From NCBI GenBank assembly GCA_002104945.1, contig MCFH01000041.1, positions 62,001 to 126,000 on the forward strand: DNA of 64,000 nucleotides, given 5' to 3'. Source of the DNA: Piromyces finnis finn. Taxonomy: Eukaryota > Fungi > Neocallimastigomycota. Positions 51,537 through 64,000 of this stretch are shown here, one piece after another. How positions within the stretch are numbered: position 1 is the stretch's first letter; each line of letters opens with the position of its first letter. The position numbers were made by a program, and so were the translations under genes. The notes under the pieces were generated by a model that worked only from the letters and a program-made list of their open reading frames with translations, did no database searches and had not been told where the DNA came from.

Positions 51537-54500
51537 ATGCAATTTCCAACTCCAGAACATCTAAAATACGCAGAAAAGAAATTTTCAACACCAAATGGAC
51601 TTGGTGCTTCAATATTCGAAACTGATGTCGTTGGTAGACCAGATATGAGATATGGTGGAAAAAAATTGACAGATCCAGTTAATATGATAGAGGTAATAAT
51701 ATTTTATTAATAATTTTTATTTAAATTATTTAAATATATAAGGAATTTTACAAGAGAAAATAGCTTTCTTTTAAATTGTGTTTTTAGTTTCTAGTAAATT
51801 CATGATAATTACAAATAGTTTTATAAAAATTTATTAATGTAATTAAAGTGAAATTAAGTATATTCCTTTATATATATATATAGAAATCTCAGTATTGATT
51901 ATTACATTATTAGATTATATTACTATTATATATATATATTTTAATATGGATATTTTTTTTCATTAATTAAATTTCTAATAAAATTATCAAATTTCAAATT
52001 TAAATTAATAGGACAAATGGAGATTAGTACCGGCTTTTTTGAAAACTAGAGGTCTTGTTAAGCAACATTTAGATTCTTTCAATTATTTTATTAATACTGA
52101 TATAAAAAAGATTGTTCAAGCAAATTCAATTATTAAGAGTGATGTTGATCCTTTATTTTATGCAAAGTAATATTAAACTTCAAATATAAGATAAAAATAA
52201 ACAATAACCTCACAATTAAATATTAGAAATTAAAATATCAATATTTTAAATTATTAAAAAGTAATTATTTTTTTTTCTTATTGTCATAAAAATATGTTTT
52301 AGATTTACTGATATCTGGGTTGATTATCCAACTGTTCATGATCCACAACTTCAAACAGATAGAAAAATTACACCACATGAATGTCGTTTAAGAGATATTA
52401 CTTATTCAGGAAATATTTATATTGATATAGAATATATTAAAAGTAGAAAGATTGCAACGGCAGGAAAAGTTTGTATTGGAAGATTACCAATGATGCTTAG
52501 AAGTGATAGATGCAGTCTTTCTAAGAAAACATTAAAAGAAGTAGTAGAGATGGGTGAATGCCCATTAGATCCAGGAGGTTATTTTATCATTAGAGGTACT
52601 GAAAAAGTTATATTAATTCAAGAACAAATGTCTAAAAATCGTATTATTGTTGATCAAGACCGTCAAGGTGGTATTACTGCTAGTGTTGCAAGTACAACTC
52701 AAGAAAGAAGAACAAAAACAAATGTTCAATATAATAAAGCTAAAAAAGTTGTATTAAAACATAATAGTTTTACTTCAGATATTCCAATTTGTGTTGTTAT
52801 TAAGGTAAAATTTTATATATAATGTAAATAAAATTTATTAAGATATTAGTATAATTAAATAATTAAATATTATTTTCATTTAATAATTTATAATATTAAT
52901 ATTATTAAACATAATTTAATATATTTACATAATTAATGATAGGCTTTAGGTATATTATCAGATCAAGAAATTGTTGAAATCGTTTGTGGTTTTGATCCAG
53001 TTCTTGTAGATTTATTTTCACCATCTATTCAAGAATGTGCAAAGTTAAAAATTTTTACTCAACAACAAGCTATGGAATATATGTCAACTAAAGTTAAAAT
53101 GGGTTTACGTACATTCCAACGTGGTCAAAAACGTTCAGCTTTAGATGAAACTAAGGATGTATTACAAAATATGGTAGTATCTCATATTGCTGCTGATAAT
53201 ATTAAAGGTTCTACTAATTTAAGACCAAAAGCTATCTATATTGGTATCATGATTAGAAGAGTATTATTTGCTGTTAGAGATGGTGGTATTATAGATGATC
53301 GTGATTATGTTGGTAACAAAAGACTTGAATTGTAAGTATATTAAAAAACTTGAGTTTTATAATTAATGTTGATAATAATTTTAATGGTTAGTATATGAAA
53401 TATTACTCTTCGTTAACTGTTGTTTTATATATAATTCTATATTTTTATTTTTAAAATAACAGGGCTGGTCAATTATTATCACTTTTATTTGAAGATGCTT
53501 TTAAATCATTTATTCATCACGTTAAAAGAGAAATTGATCTTCAGCTAGGTCGTAACAATAGAACAGCAGTAGTTGATGCAGCAAAAATTATTAAATCACA
53601 TAGTAGACACATTACTGAAACCTTATTCAGAAGTATTAGTTCTGGTAATTGGAATGTTAAGCGTTTTAAGATGGAAAGAGCTGGTATTACTCAAGTATTA
53701 AGTAGATTAAGTTATATTAGTGCATTAGGTATGTTAACTCGTATTACTTCACAATTTGAAAAAACAAGAAAAGTTTCAGGTCCTCGTTCATTACAAACTT
53801 CTCAGTGGGGTATGTTATGTCCATCAGATACACCTGAAGGTGAAGGTTGTGGTTTAATTAAAAATTTAGCTTTAATGACACATATTACAACTGATTCCGA
53901 AGATGAACCTGTACGTAATATTGCGTATATTCTTGGTGTAGAAGATATCAATTTATTAACTGGTATTGAATTATACTCTAATCCAAGTACATTCCTTGTT
54001 TTCCTTAATGGTATTACATTAGGTGTTCATAAAAATCCATTAAAATTTGTTAAAGATTTTAGAAGATTAAGAAGGGCTGGTCGTATTGGTGCTTTTGTTA
54101 GCATTTATAGAAATGAACAACAAAAAACTATTAATATTAGTAGTGATGGTGGTAGAGTTTGTAGACCTTTAATTATTGTTGAAAATGGCAAGCCAAATAT
54201 GATTGATAAAGATATTAAGGATTTATTAAATGGTATTAAAGGTTTTGATGATTTTGTTAAAGAAGGTAAAATTGAATTTGTAGATGTTAACGAAGAAAGT
54301 GATTCAAATATTGCAATGTATGAAAAGGATATTATTTATATAACTGGAACAGAAAAACAAATTCTTAATGAGATGTCATTTGAAGCTGCATCTGAATTAT
54401 ATAATACAACTCATTTAGAAATTGAACCATTTACTATTTTAGGTGCAGTTGCTGGATTAATTCCATATCCTCATCATAATCAATCTCCACGTAATACTTA

Positions 54501-56335
54501 TCAATGTGCTATGGGTAAACAAGCTATTGGTGCAGTAGCCTATAATCAATTTACAAGAACTGATACCTTATTGTATCTTAATGTTTATCCACAACAACCG
54601 ATGGTCAAAACAAAGACAATTGAATTAATTGGCTATAATAAATTACCAGCAGGTCAAAATGCTACTGTTGCTGTAATGAGTTATAGTGGTTATGATATTG
54701 AAGATGCTTTAATTGTTAATAAGGTAAAACTTTATATTATTAGTTTTTAAAATATATAAATATATCTGAATTAATTATACTAAATATAAATTATAATAAA
54801 ATAATTTGATTTTATTACTTATATTTATTTAACAGGCATCTTTAGATCGTGGTTTTGCTCGTGTACAAACTATGAGAAGATTCTCAGCTATGATTAAAAC
54901 ATATCCAAATGGAACTTATGATCGTGTATTTTTACCAAGAGATCCAGTTACTCATAATGTCGATCCAAAGTTTTCTGTATTAGAAGAAGATGGTATATGT
55001 GCGGTTGGTGAAAGAATTGATCCAGGAAAAGTACGTATTTTTTTTTTATTGGATAGATATAAATGAGAATGCAATAATTAATATATATTCTTTTTATAAT
55101 TTTTAAGTGCTACATATTTAAACAATCCCCCGTTGAAAATGGTCCAACAGCTGATGGAGTAATTTTATTTATTTATTTATTATTATTATTATATATATAT
55201 AAATTATTAATAACTAATTATATATATATTTATTTATTTACTTAAAATGAAAGACTCGTAATACTGTTGAATACACAAATACAGAACAAAACTTTAAATA
55301 TCCAGGTGTTTCATATGTTGATAGAGTAAGTAAAAAATATTGAAATAAATATTTTATCTTTATTTTTATTAATATATATGATAAACATTTTTAATTTTAT
55401 TTATTAGGTATTGATTACAACAAATGAAGAAGACCAAACCCTTGTAAAAGTATTGGTTAGACAAACTCGTCGTCCAGAATTAGGTGATAAATTCTCTTCA
55501 AGACATGGTCAAAAGGGTGTTTGTGGTTTAATTGTTAATCAAGAAGATATGCCATTTACTGATCTTGGTATTGTTCCAGATATTATTATGAATCCACATG
55601 GTAAATATTTTTTTCTCTCTATTTTTTTTTATGTTCAATATTAATGTTAATAATAAAATAAAAATAAATAAAATAAAAATGGATATATATATATTTACTA
55701 AAAATAAAAATATTTAATTTTATTATAATTTAAAAGGTTTTCCAAGTCGTATGACTGTTGGTAAGATGATTGAATTATTAGCTGGTAAAGCTGGTGTATT
55801 AAAGGGTGAATTACAATATGGTACAACATTTGGTGGTAGTAAGGTAGATGATATGTCAAAGATATTAATTGAAAATGGGTTCAATTATTCTGGTAAAGAT
55901 TATGTTACTAGTGGTATTACTGGAGAACCTTTAGAAGCTTATATCTTCTTTGGTCCAGTCTTCTATCAACGTTTGAAGCATATGGTATTAGATAAAATGC
56001 ATGCTAGATCTCGTGGTAAGCGTGCAGTATTAACTAGACAACCAACTGAAGGTCGTTCAAGGGATGGTGGTCTTCGTGTAGGTGAAATGGAACGTGATTG
56101 TTTAATTGGTCATGGTGCAAGTAATTTGTTAATGGAAAGATTAATGTTTAGTAGTGATGCATTCGAAATTGATGTATGTCAAGACTGTGGTTTAATTGGG
56201 TTCCAAGGTTATTGTCCATATTGTAAGAAGAGAAAGGGTGTTTCAAATATTCAAGTTCCATATGCTTGTAAGCTTTTATTCCAAGAACTAATGAGTATGA
56301 ATGTTGTTCCAAGATTAATTTTAGAAGATATCTAA
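51537..56335 (+). CDS. RPC2: RNA polymerase III second-largest subunit; multi-exon
   Basis: [135 protein letters not shown]. Confidence 0.95.
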
Positions 56336-57004
56336 ATTAAATAAAAGGAAAGCTAAATAATATGATTCTTTTTATCAATATTTTTTAAATATCATAATCA
56401 AAACGAAATAATATAAAAATAATAATTTCTATTTTAATATCATTGTTATTTTAACTTTTTTTTTTTTATTTTATTTTTTTATTTTAATGATTAATTAGAT
56501 TATAGAATTATAAAAAAATATATTATAAAAATCATTTTATAATTTTAAACTTTTTTTGTCATTTTTTATATAGTAATAGTAAGATTAATAATTGTAGAAA
56601 AGTATATTTATTTATGTCAAAACAATTACACTAATAATTTAATGTATATAATATACACACAGATAAAAAAATAATAAAAAAAAAATATCATATATATAGT
56701 TTTTTTAATCCATATTTATTTAATTATTATTTTATCTTTTTTTTTTTTTTTTATTTTTTTTCTATACTATATCATTTTCTTAAAAAAAATATATTTAAAG
56801 AATAATATCATTTCATATAATAATTATTTTATTATATATATATTTTTTACATTTATTTTAATGTTTTTATGTTTATTTGCTTTATTTTTTATTTTATTTT
56901 TAATTTTTTTTTATTGTTATTTTTTTTTTTTTTTTTTTTTGTTTTTTTTTGTTTTACTTATATAAACATTTTATTATTGTATATGTTATAAAATCATATA
57001 AACA

Positions 57005-57895
57005 TTAATATAATGCCATTAAAGCAAAACATGAATATAATAACAATATTGGATATGCCACAAGTATAATTTGATCCTTCATAGATAATGAGGTAATAAA
57101 CATTCTTGTTGCTGTAATTGTAGACCATACTAAGCATATACCACAACACATTTTTGCAACTGTGCCACTATTATATTTGAAAATTATATAAAAGTTCAAT
57201 AAAATAATAATTTTTATAAAAATTTCGAAGTTATATTATTACTATTATTACCTTGGATTTAAGAATGTAGAAATTGCTGATAATACCACTATTGGAAGAA
57301 GACAATAACCTAAAATACTGCCAGTATTTGATGGTTCTAAATGAGCTTCACTCATTAAATTAAGTATTAAATGAACTCCAATACTTCCTAATGATGCTAC
57401 ACCATAAATATAGCCGAAATTAACTTTTCCTCTCTTTTCAAGTCCATTTAAAAAATCAGAATTTATAAATCATATATTATTTTTATTAATTAAATTTAAA
57501 AATATAAAATATAAAATATAAAAATAAATATATAATTATATTTAATATTTGTAAGAATTACTAAATATTAAATTTATTTTATATAATACATACGAGAAGT
57601 AAAATAGAACCAAATATTAAACAAAAAATAAGTGGTCCAACAAGATCAGGGTTACCCATATTTTCATTATCATATTTCCTAAATGGATATAAAACTACAA
57701 GAGCCTTAAAAAGATAATATTTAATAAATTTAATCATTTTATGGAGGAGAAATGAATGATTATTATTTCATTTTACTCAATATTTACCTTCTTCTTAATA
57801 TCCGAAAAACTAATTTCTAATTCTATATTATTAAAAATTATATCATTGAAAATAATAATTATGGAAAAAAAATAATTAATGAATATTTATTGCTT

Positions 57896-57939
<44 letters not shown>

Positions 57940-58274
57940 AAATGTTTCATTTTTTAAATTTAAAGTTTTTAAAATAATTAATTACCTTCTAAAAGTGGTG
58001 GTTCATCATCGTATCCTCCAGTACCGAAAGCTGCTTTAATCGATGCAAAAGTTACTCTATCATTATATTCATATTGAGTATTCATGTTTCCAGTATAAAA
58101 ATTCTGTGGTGCTGGTGGTGTAAATCCGGTTGTTGTACCAGAACCATAAATTTGTTGATTGTCGTAAGTATTGGAAGAGTAGAATTGTAAATCATTATTA
58201 TTTTGCTCTGGTTGTTGTTGTTGATAATAATCCTGCTGATTACCAAACAAAACAGAATGTGCTTCGTTTTGCAT
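57005..58274 (-). CDS. YIP1: Yip1-family Golgi membrane protein (YIP1/YIPF5-like); 5 exons
   Basis: GTGGYDDEPPLLEELEISF, DLVGPLIFCL, GKVNFGYIYG, SILGYCLLP, WSTITATRMF, LVAYPILLLYSCFALM. Confidence 0.9.
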
Positions 58275-58579
58275 TTTATTATTTAATTAATTGTATTATT
58301 TGTTTATTTATTTGCTTATTATTTAATTATTTATATTATTTGTATTATTAATATTAGTTTAATAGAAATATATTTTTATTCACTTTTTTAATATTTTTTA
58401 TTTTTATTTTTAATAAAACATAAACCTAATCTTATTATATATATATTTAAATTATAAATTCTATTTCCCAAAATTATTTTTATTTGTTTTAATTTTAAAA
58501 GATATAAAGAAATATTTTGAAGAAATTAAATATTAATATGTAAAATTTATTCTCAATAATGATTATAAATGTTAAATTA

Positions 58580-58745
<166 letters not shown>

Positions 58746-59305
58746 ATTACCAAAAATAATTTTTTTAATTGTATTTTACATACGTTATAAATATATTGAC
58801 AATGTATTTTTTTTTTTTTTTAATTACAAAATAAGGAAAATAATAAATACAACATAAAAAAACTATTATTTAACTTAATATTTATCTTTTTTTATTTCTT
58901 AAATTTTATTTTTGATATATTTTTTTAGGTATATATAGTGTTATCATATTTTATAACTATTTGAAATAATTACTTATATAGAATAATATTAATATGATTA
59001 ATATGATTTATTAATACACAATACACAATTAATAGCTTTTTTATATAGTTTAATCATTAAAAAAAAAAAAAGGATTTCAGAATTTTCAAATTAAATAATT
59101 AAATATATATTGATATATTAATTATAATTTACTATTATTTAATATTAACTTTTTATTTTATTTTATTTTTTTTATTTTTCTACTTTATTTCAATACATAA
59201 TAATATATCGGAATTTTATATTCCATTTAACAATTATTGTTTGAAAATTTAATTTATTATTTATTCAAAACAAATATTATATTTTTGATAGAATAATAGT
59301 AGATA

Positions 59306-59987
59306 ATGTCAAACGAGCAACCAGAAGAGCATGTTGAAGAATTTAAGGAGCAAGATCGTTATCTTCCAATTGCAAATGTTGCTCGTATTATGAAAAGAGC
59401 ATTACCAGAAAATGCAAAAATCGCAAAGGATGCTAAAGAATGTGTTCAAGAATGTGTTTCGGAATTTATTTCATTCATTACAAGCGAATATCCTTTTAAT
59501 AAATTTTAAAATAAATGATTAAAAAAAAAGAAAAAAGAAAACTATTTAAATTGTTTATATAATCTTATTCCTTAATTTTTAATATATATAATGCTTTCTT
59601 GATTGTTATATTTTAATTTCTATTATTATTTCATTTTAATACAGCAAGTGATCGTTGCCAAAATGAAAAACGCAAAACAATTAATGGTGAAGATATTTTA
59701 TGGGCTATGCAATCTTTAGGTTTTGAAAATTATTGTGAAACATTAAAAGTTTATTTACATAAGTATCGTGAGGTATGTATAAATATTTATTAAATTATTA
59801 TTATTGTTATTATTTTTTAAAGAAAAGGGATATATTAATTAAAATTTCAATTTATTTTTTATAATGAAATAAAATAAACCAATTGAAATTATTAAAGGCA
59901 ACTAAGAATGAAAGATCTTCAGCAGGAAAAGATACTGGAATGGATGAAACTTTAGCAAATTTATATCAACAACAATATTATCAATAA
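59306..59987 (+). CDS. HAP3: CCAAT-binding factor subunit B (NF-YB/Hap3), 133 aa; exons 59306-59487, 59643-59772, 59898-59987
   Basis: [40 protein letters not shown]|[30 protein letters not shown]. The conserved core is restored only by an AT-AC first intron. Confidence 0.95.
59488..59642 (+). other. U12-type (minor spliceosome) AT-AC intron, 155 nt
   Basis: 5' end ATATCCTTTT matches the U12 consensus RTATCCTT; 3' end ..TTTTAATAC; candidate branch points TTCCTTAAT (59568-59576) and TTTCTTGAT (59595-59603); splicing gives GA|A GCA AGT GAT (E-A-S-D). Confidence 0.9.
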
Positions 59988-60417
59988 AATAGAAAAACAT
60001 ACTATTTTATATATGTATAATTGTTGGATATCAATATCTTTTATATCATTTTAATTTTTTAAAATAACTCATTAATATGCATTTTATTAAAAGTAATTTA
60101 ATTTAATTAAAGTAACTGAAATATGTTTACCATTTATAATAGACTTGTATAAATTTAAAAAATATTATTAAAATAAATAATTTCTTATAAAATATAATTT
60201 TTATTATTTCATTTTATTATAAAAATTTATGATTTTATTATCTATTACATTAAATTTTGATATTTATTTATTTACGAATGAAAAATGAAAATAGAATAAA
60301 AAAAAAAAAAAAAAATCAATGAATAAATAAATAAAAAAATAATAATAATAAAATTTAAATGTTAATAAAAATTATCAATTATTAAATTTGCTATTCTTAT
60401 AAAGCATATTTAATGGT

Positions 60418-62251
60418 TTAATTGTTATTCCAAAAGATATTTTTTGGGAAGTTTTTATCAAATGTTTTTTTTGACATATTAAGTCTAGTTTCTAATTGTG
60501 GCAAACATTCAATCTCTTCAGTTTTTTCGGGTATTATAGCTAATGCAGCTATACCCATATATGAATGTAATATATCTTTATAGTATATAATATAATTAGA
60601 AATATTATTATTATAAGTTATTAATTATGTAAAATTATCTTACCTGGAAAATCAATTTCAGGATATTTAGCAAAACCTCCATATATTGTTTGAGTACTAT
60701 ATAAAAATTTTTTATGAGCTTCGTGATCTAAAAAATGATAACCGCCTAAGATCTATTATTGAATTTATAAATTATTAAAAAATTAAAAATTATTAATATG
60801 TATTTAAAAATTATTTAATTACATCAATAGCAGCTCCAATCCAGAATGAATAACAAGTATCTGGTGGTTTATTCGCCCTTCCTTGAAAGCCATCAACTTG
60901 TCTTGATAAACACCACAATAATGTATCCTTTTTTGATTTTAGACCCTCGTCAATTTTATTCATGAGACTCAAGGCAGCAACAGCACAAAATGTTGGTCCA
61001 CCTATCATAATATTTTAAAAATCATTTAATTAAATTAATGTTTAAATATCATTCTATGTTTAAATAGTTATTAAGATAATTAATATTAAACACTAATTTT
61101 TTAATTCTATGTTTAAACCACAAATTATAAATTAGTATATTTATAATTTGTGGTTTATTTATTATTATTATTATTTTTTTAAATTAATACCATGTGATTC
61201 TAAACCAAAGCCTTGAGAAATACCAAAATCATATGTCTTTTATATATATATATATATTTTAGTAATAGAAAATCAATTCAGTATAACTTCTTTTTTTTTT
61301 AATTATACATATATTTATTTGCATACTTGGCTTTTTTTAATGAAATCAATTGCTTTATCGATGTTTATACCACTCCAATCATTTAAAATATATGAAATTA
61401 CTGAAGCACAATACAAAAATCTCATATCATATTCCATCCCAAAAATGACTGGAGAGAAACTATTTATTTTAATTTATTATTGTTTTATTATATTTAAAAA
61501 TAATTATACTTTATGAATTTATAATTCAAACATTTAACATATATACCTTCCATCTTTCTGCTGTAAATGCGATATTGATTCAATTATAGCTTTTTTATTA
61601 ACGCGAGATAAATCATCTCCAAGAATTATTAAACATATAAGTGCGGTATATGTCATAGCTAAATTTGATGCATCATATGGCTCATGAATTGTTTCTTTCT
61701 TTTATTATTATTATTATTTTTTGGCAATTATAAATACAATTAATAATTATGTTTACATTTAATAATGTATTTATATATTCATAATATTTACTGAATTAGG
61801 TTCAAATTTATGACCAAGAAATGGTGCCCCTCTATAACCACATTGACCAATATCTTATATATTAATATTATTAAAACTTTTGTTTTTAGAAACCGGAGAT
61901 TATATATATATATTTTAATAGATTATTTAATTACTTCCTATTTCTGGATCCGGGTGGATTTGTTGTGCGTATATCCAATCAATTGTTTTTTGTTTGATAT
62001 CTGGCGTTAAAACATCGTCTAAAGCTCCTAAAAGATCAAGTCCAGAGATACAGAAGAATAGAAAAGTCATTCTATAACATAATCATTTTTAGAGATGAAT
62101 GAATTTAATATATAATTTAATTATTTATGCATATATTTTAATTAAGGTATATTTACCTATTAGTATCTGAACTGGTATATTGATATGGTAGCATTTTAAA
62201 GCATCTTTCAAAATACTTTATATGCTTATGTTTTTCAAAAGTTTCAGACAT
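60418..62251 (-). CDS. PGGT1B: Geranylgeranyltransferase type-I beta subunit (Cdc43/PGGT1B); multi-exon
   Basis: [104 protein letters not shown]. Confidence 0.9.
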
Positions 62252-62678
62252 TTTTTAAAATTATTTAAATTTTACATTAATAATATATTTATTCTGTTTC
62301 TTAACTTTTATTATTTAATAATAATAATAGAAATAAAATTTTTATATTATTATAATAGTCTTTAAATACATTTACTTTAATAATTATAAATAAAATTAAA
62401 GTTTTATTTTATAAAGAAATAATTATCAAAAATTTAATTAAAAATTAATCCATTAAAAACAAAGTAAATAAATAAATGAATTAATAAAAGATTTTTATTA
62501 ATTTTTTTTAAAATTTTTTTTACCAAAAGTCGGAGATAGTACTGTATAATATAAACATAAACATTAAATTTTTTCACATAAACTCATTAGTTAAGTTTTT
62601 ATACATATATATATATAAAAGACATAACTATAATTAAGTGTAAATAAGTATAACATACCATAAAATAAAATTTAAAAA

Positions 62679-63239
62679 ATGAACAAATATTATTCCTCAA
62701 CACCACATTTAAGGTAATATTAAATATAAATTTATATGTCATTCAAAACCATTAAAGTTAATGATGAAGTAAATAATTTTATTATTTTTTTTTTTAAAAG
62801 AATAAGGAATTGTCGTGAGGTAGATAAGAAGGGTAATACTTTAATGACAGAAAAATACATTAAGCAGTTATGTCGTGAACAAAAATTATATGTTACTCCC
62901 CAACTAAATGATAAAATCTACTTACATTATAAAGGTATATTTAAATAAGTTATTAACATTTTATTTAACATTATAAGATGTACAATATATAAATATTAAT
63001 ATGTTAATCGTAATAACAATTTGATATACCAAGGTTTTAGTAAAATTGAGAATTTAACTAATTATACTGGTTTAAAAAGTCTTTGGTTAGAAGGAAACGG
63101 AATTGATAAAATTGAAAATTTAGGTAATACCATATTAAATATTTATAATTAAAAACATATTTTATTTCTAATATATATATATCTTTATTTATTATTAATA
63201 TTAGATCATTTAAAGGAATTAAGATGTTTGTATGTATAA

Positions 63240-63274
<35 letters not shown>

Positions 63275-63933
63275 ATATATATAATATTAATTTAAATTTA
63301 AAATGAAAATATTAATAATATTATTATAATAATGAAAATATTGAAGGTTTCTTCATCAAAATTGTATTAGTGAAATTAAAAATTTAGAAGAATTGGAAAA
63401 CTTAGATACTCTAAATCTTAGTAATAATTTAATTAAAAAAATTGAGAATATAGCAAAATTAAAATTATTAAAAACCTTAGATATTTCAAATAATTTTTTA
63501 AGAAATTCTGAAGATATAAATCATTTAATTGAGTGTGAAAGTATATGGTAATAAAGATAGTATAATAAAATCAACTAAATATTACATTTATATATTTTTT
63601 TGAACGACTATTGAATTTGCTTTAATTTAGTATATTAGATCTTTCAAAAAATAAATTAGATGATCCAACTATTATTAATGTTTTAGAAAAGATGCCAAAT
63701 CTGGTAAATTAATGTTCAAAATTCAAGAAAATAATTTTTAGAAATTTTAATTTTTTAATAATTAATATATTTTTTTCTTGGTTAAATAAAAGGCTGTTCT
63801 AAATTTGATGAATAATCCAGTTATTAAAAAAATATCAAATTATAGAAAGACAATGATTTCTCGTTGCAAAAGTTTAACATATTTAGATGATCGACCAGTT
63901 ACAAAAAATGAAAGATTAGCTACTGAAGCTTGG
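62679..63933 (+). CDS. DNAAF1: Dynein axonemal assembly factor 1 (LRRC50/ODA7-like LRR protein), 5' part, runs off the window
   Basis: [121 protein letters not shown]. Confidence 0.88.
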
Positions 63934-64000
63934 TAAAACATAATAAATAATAATATCTATATTTTTTTGCTTCTTATTATTAATAATTAATAAATTTCTT

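Noticed and set aside
59484-59644. Alternative GC-AG reading of the NF-YB first intron (donor GCGAAT, acceptor CAG)
   Set aside because: The donor context is poor and the product FITTSDRC deletes two residues from the conserved histone-fold helix. The AT-AC reading has a full U12 5' consensus and restores FITSEASDRC.

Overview
Very AT-rich, intron-dense eukaryotic DNA with long (AAT)n/(AAAT)n microsatellites and flagellar genes. This is most consistent with an anaerobic gut fungus (Neocallimastigomycota); the assignment is inferred from composition and gene content, not from a database hit. Splicing exons by hand gives about 19 protein-coding genes: a type-I membrane SH3 protein, a MAP4K-like STE20 kinase with a CNH domain (22 exons), quinolinate synthase NadA, RPB3, RPS27, CPSF2, an IQCB1-like IQ protein, a 3-TM orphan, a HEAT-repeat protein interrupted in a poly-Asn tract, RPS3, PMT4, a 2300-aa Tea4/Bud14-like protein, a GPI-like secreted orphan, a low-complexity orphan, RPC2, YIP1, NF-YB/HAP3, GGTase-I beta and the 5' part of DNAAF1. 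The strongest observation is an AT-AC (U12, minor-spliceosome type) intron in NF-YB at 59488..59642; every other intron I could resolve is GT-AG. Second is an intronless NadA with a mitochondrial/hydrogenosomal-type presequence, implying an aspartate-route NAD pathway step in the hydrogenosome. Family assignments come from motif recognition only; no searches were run.
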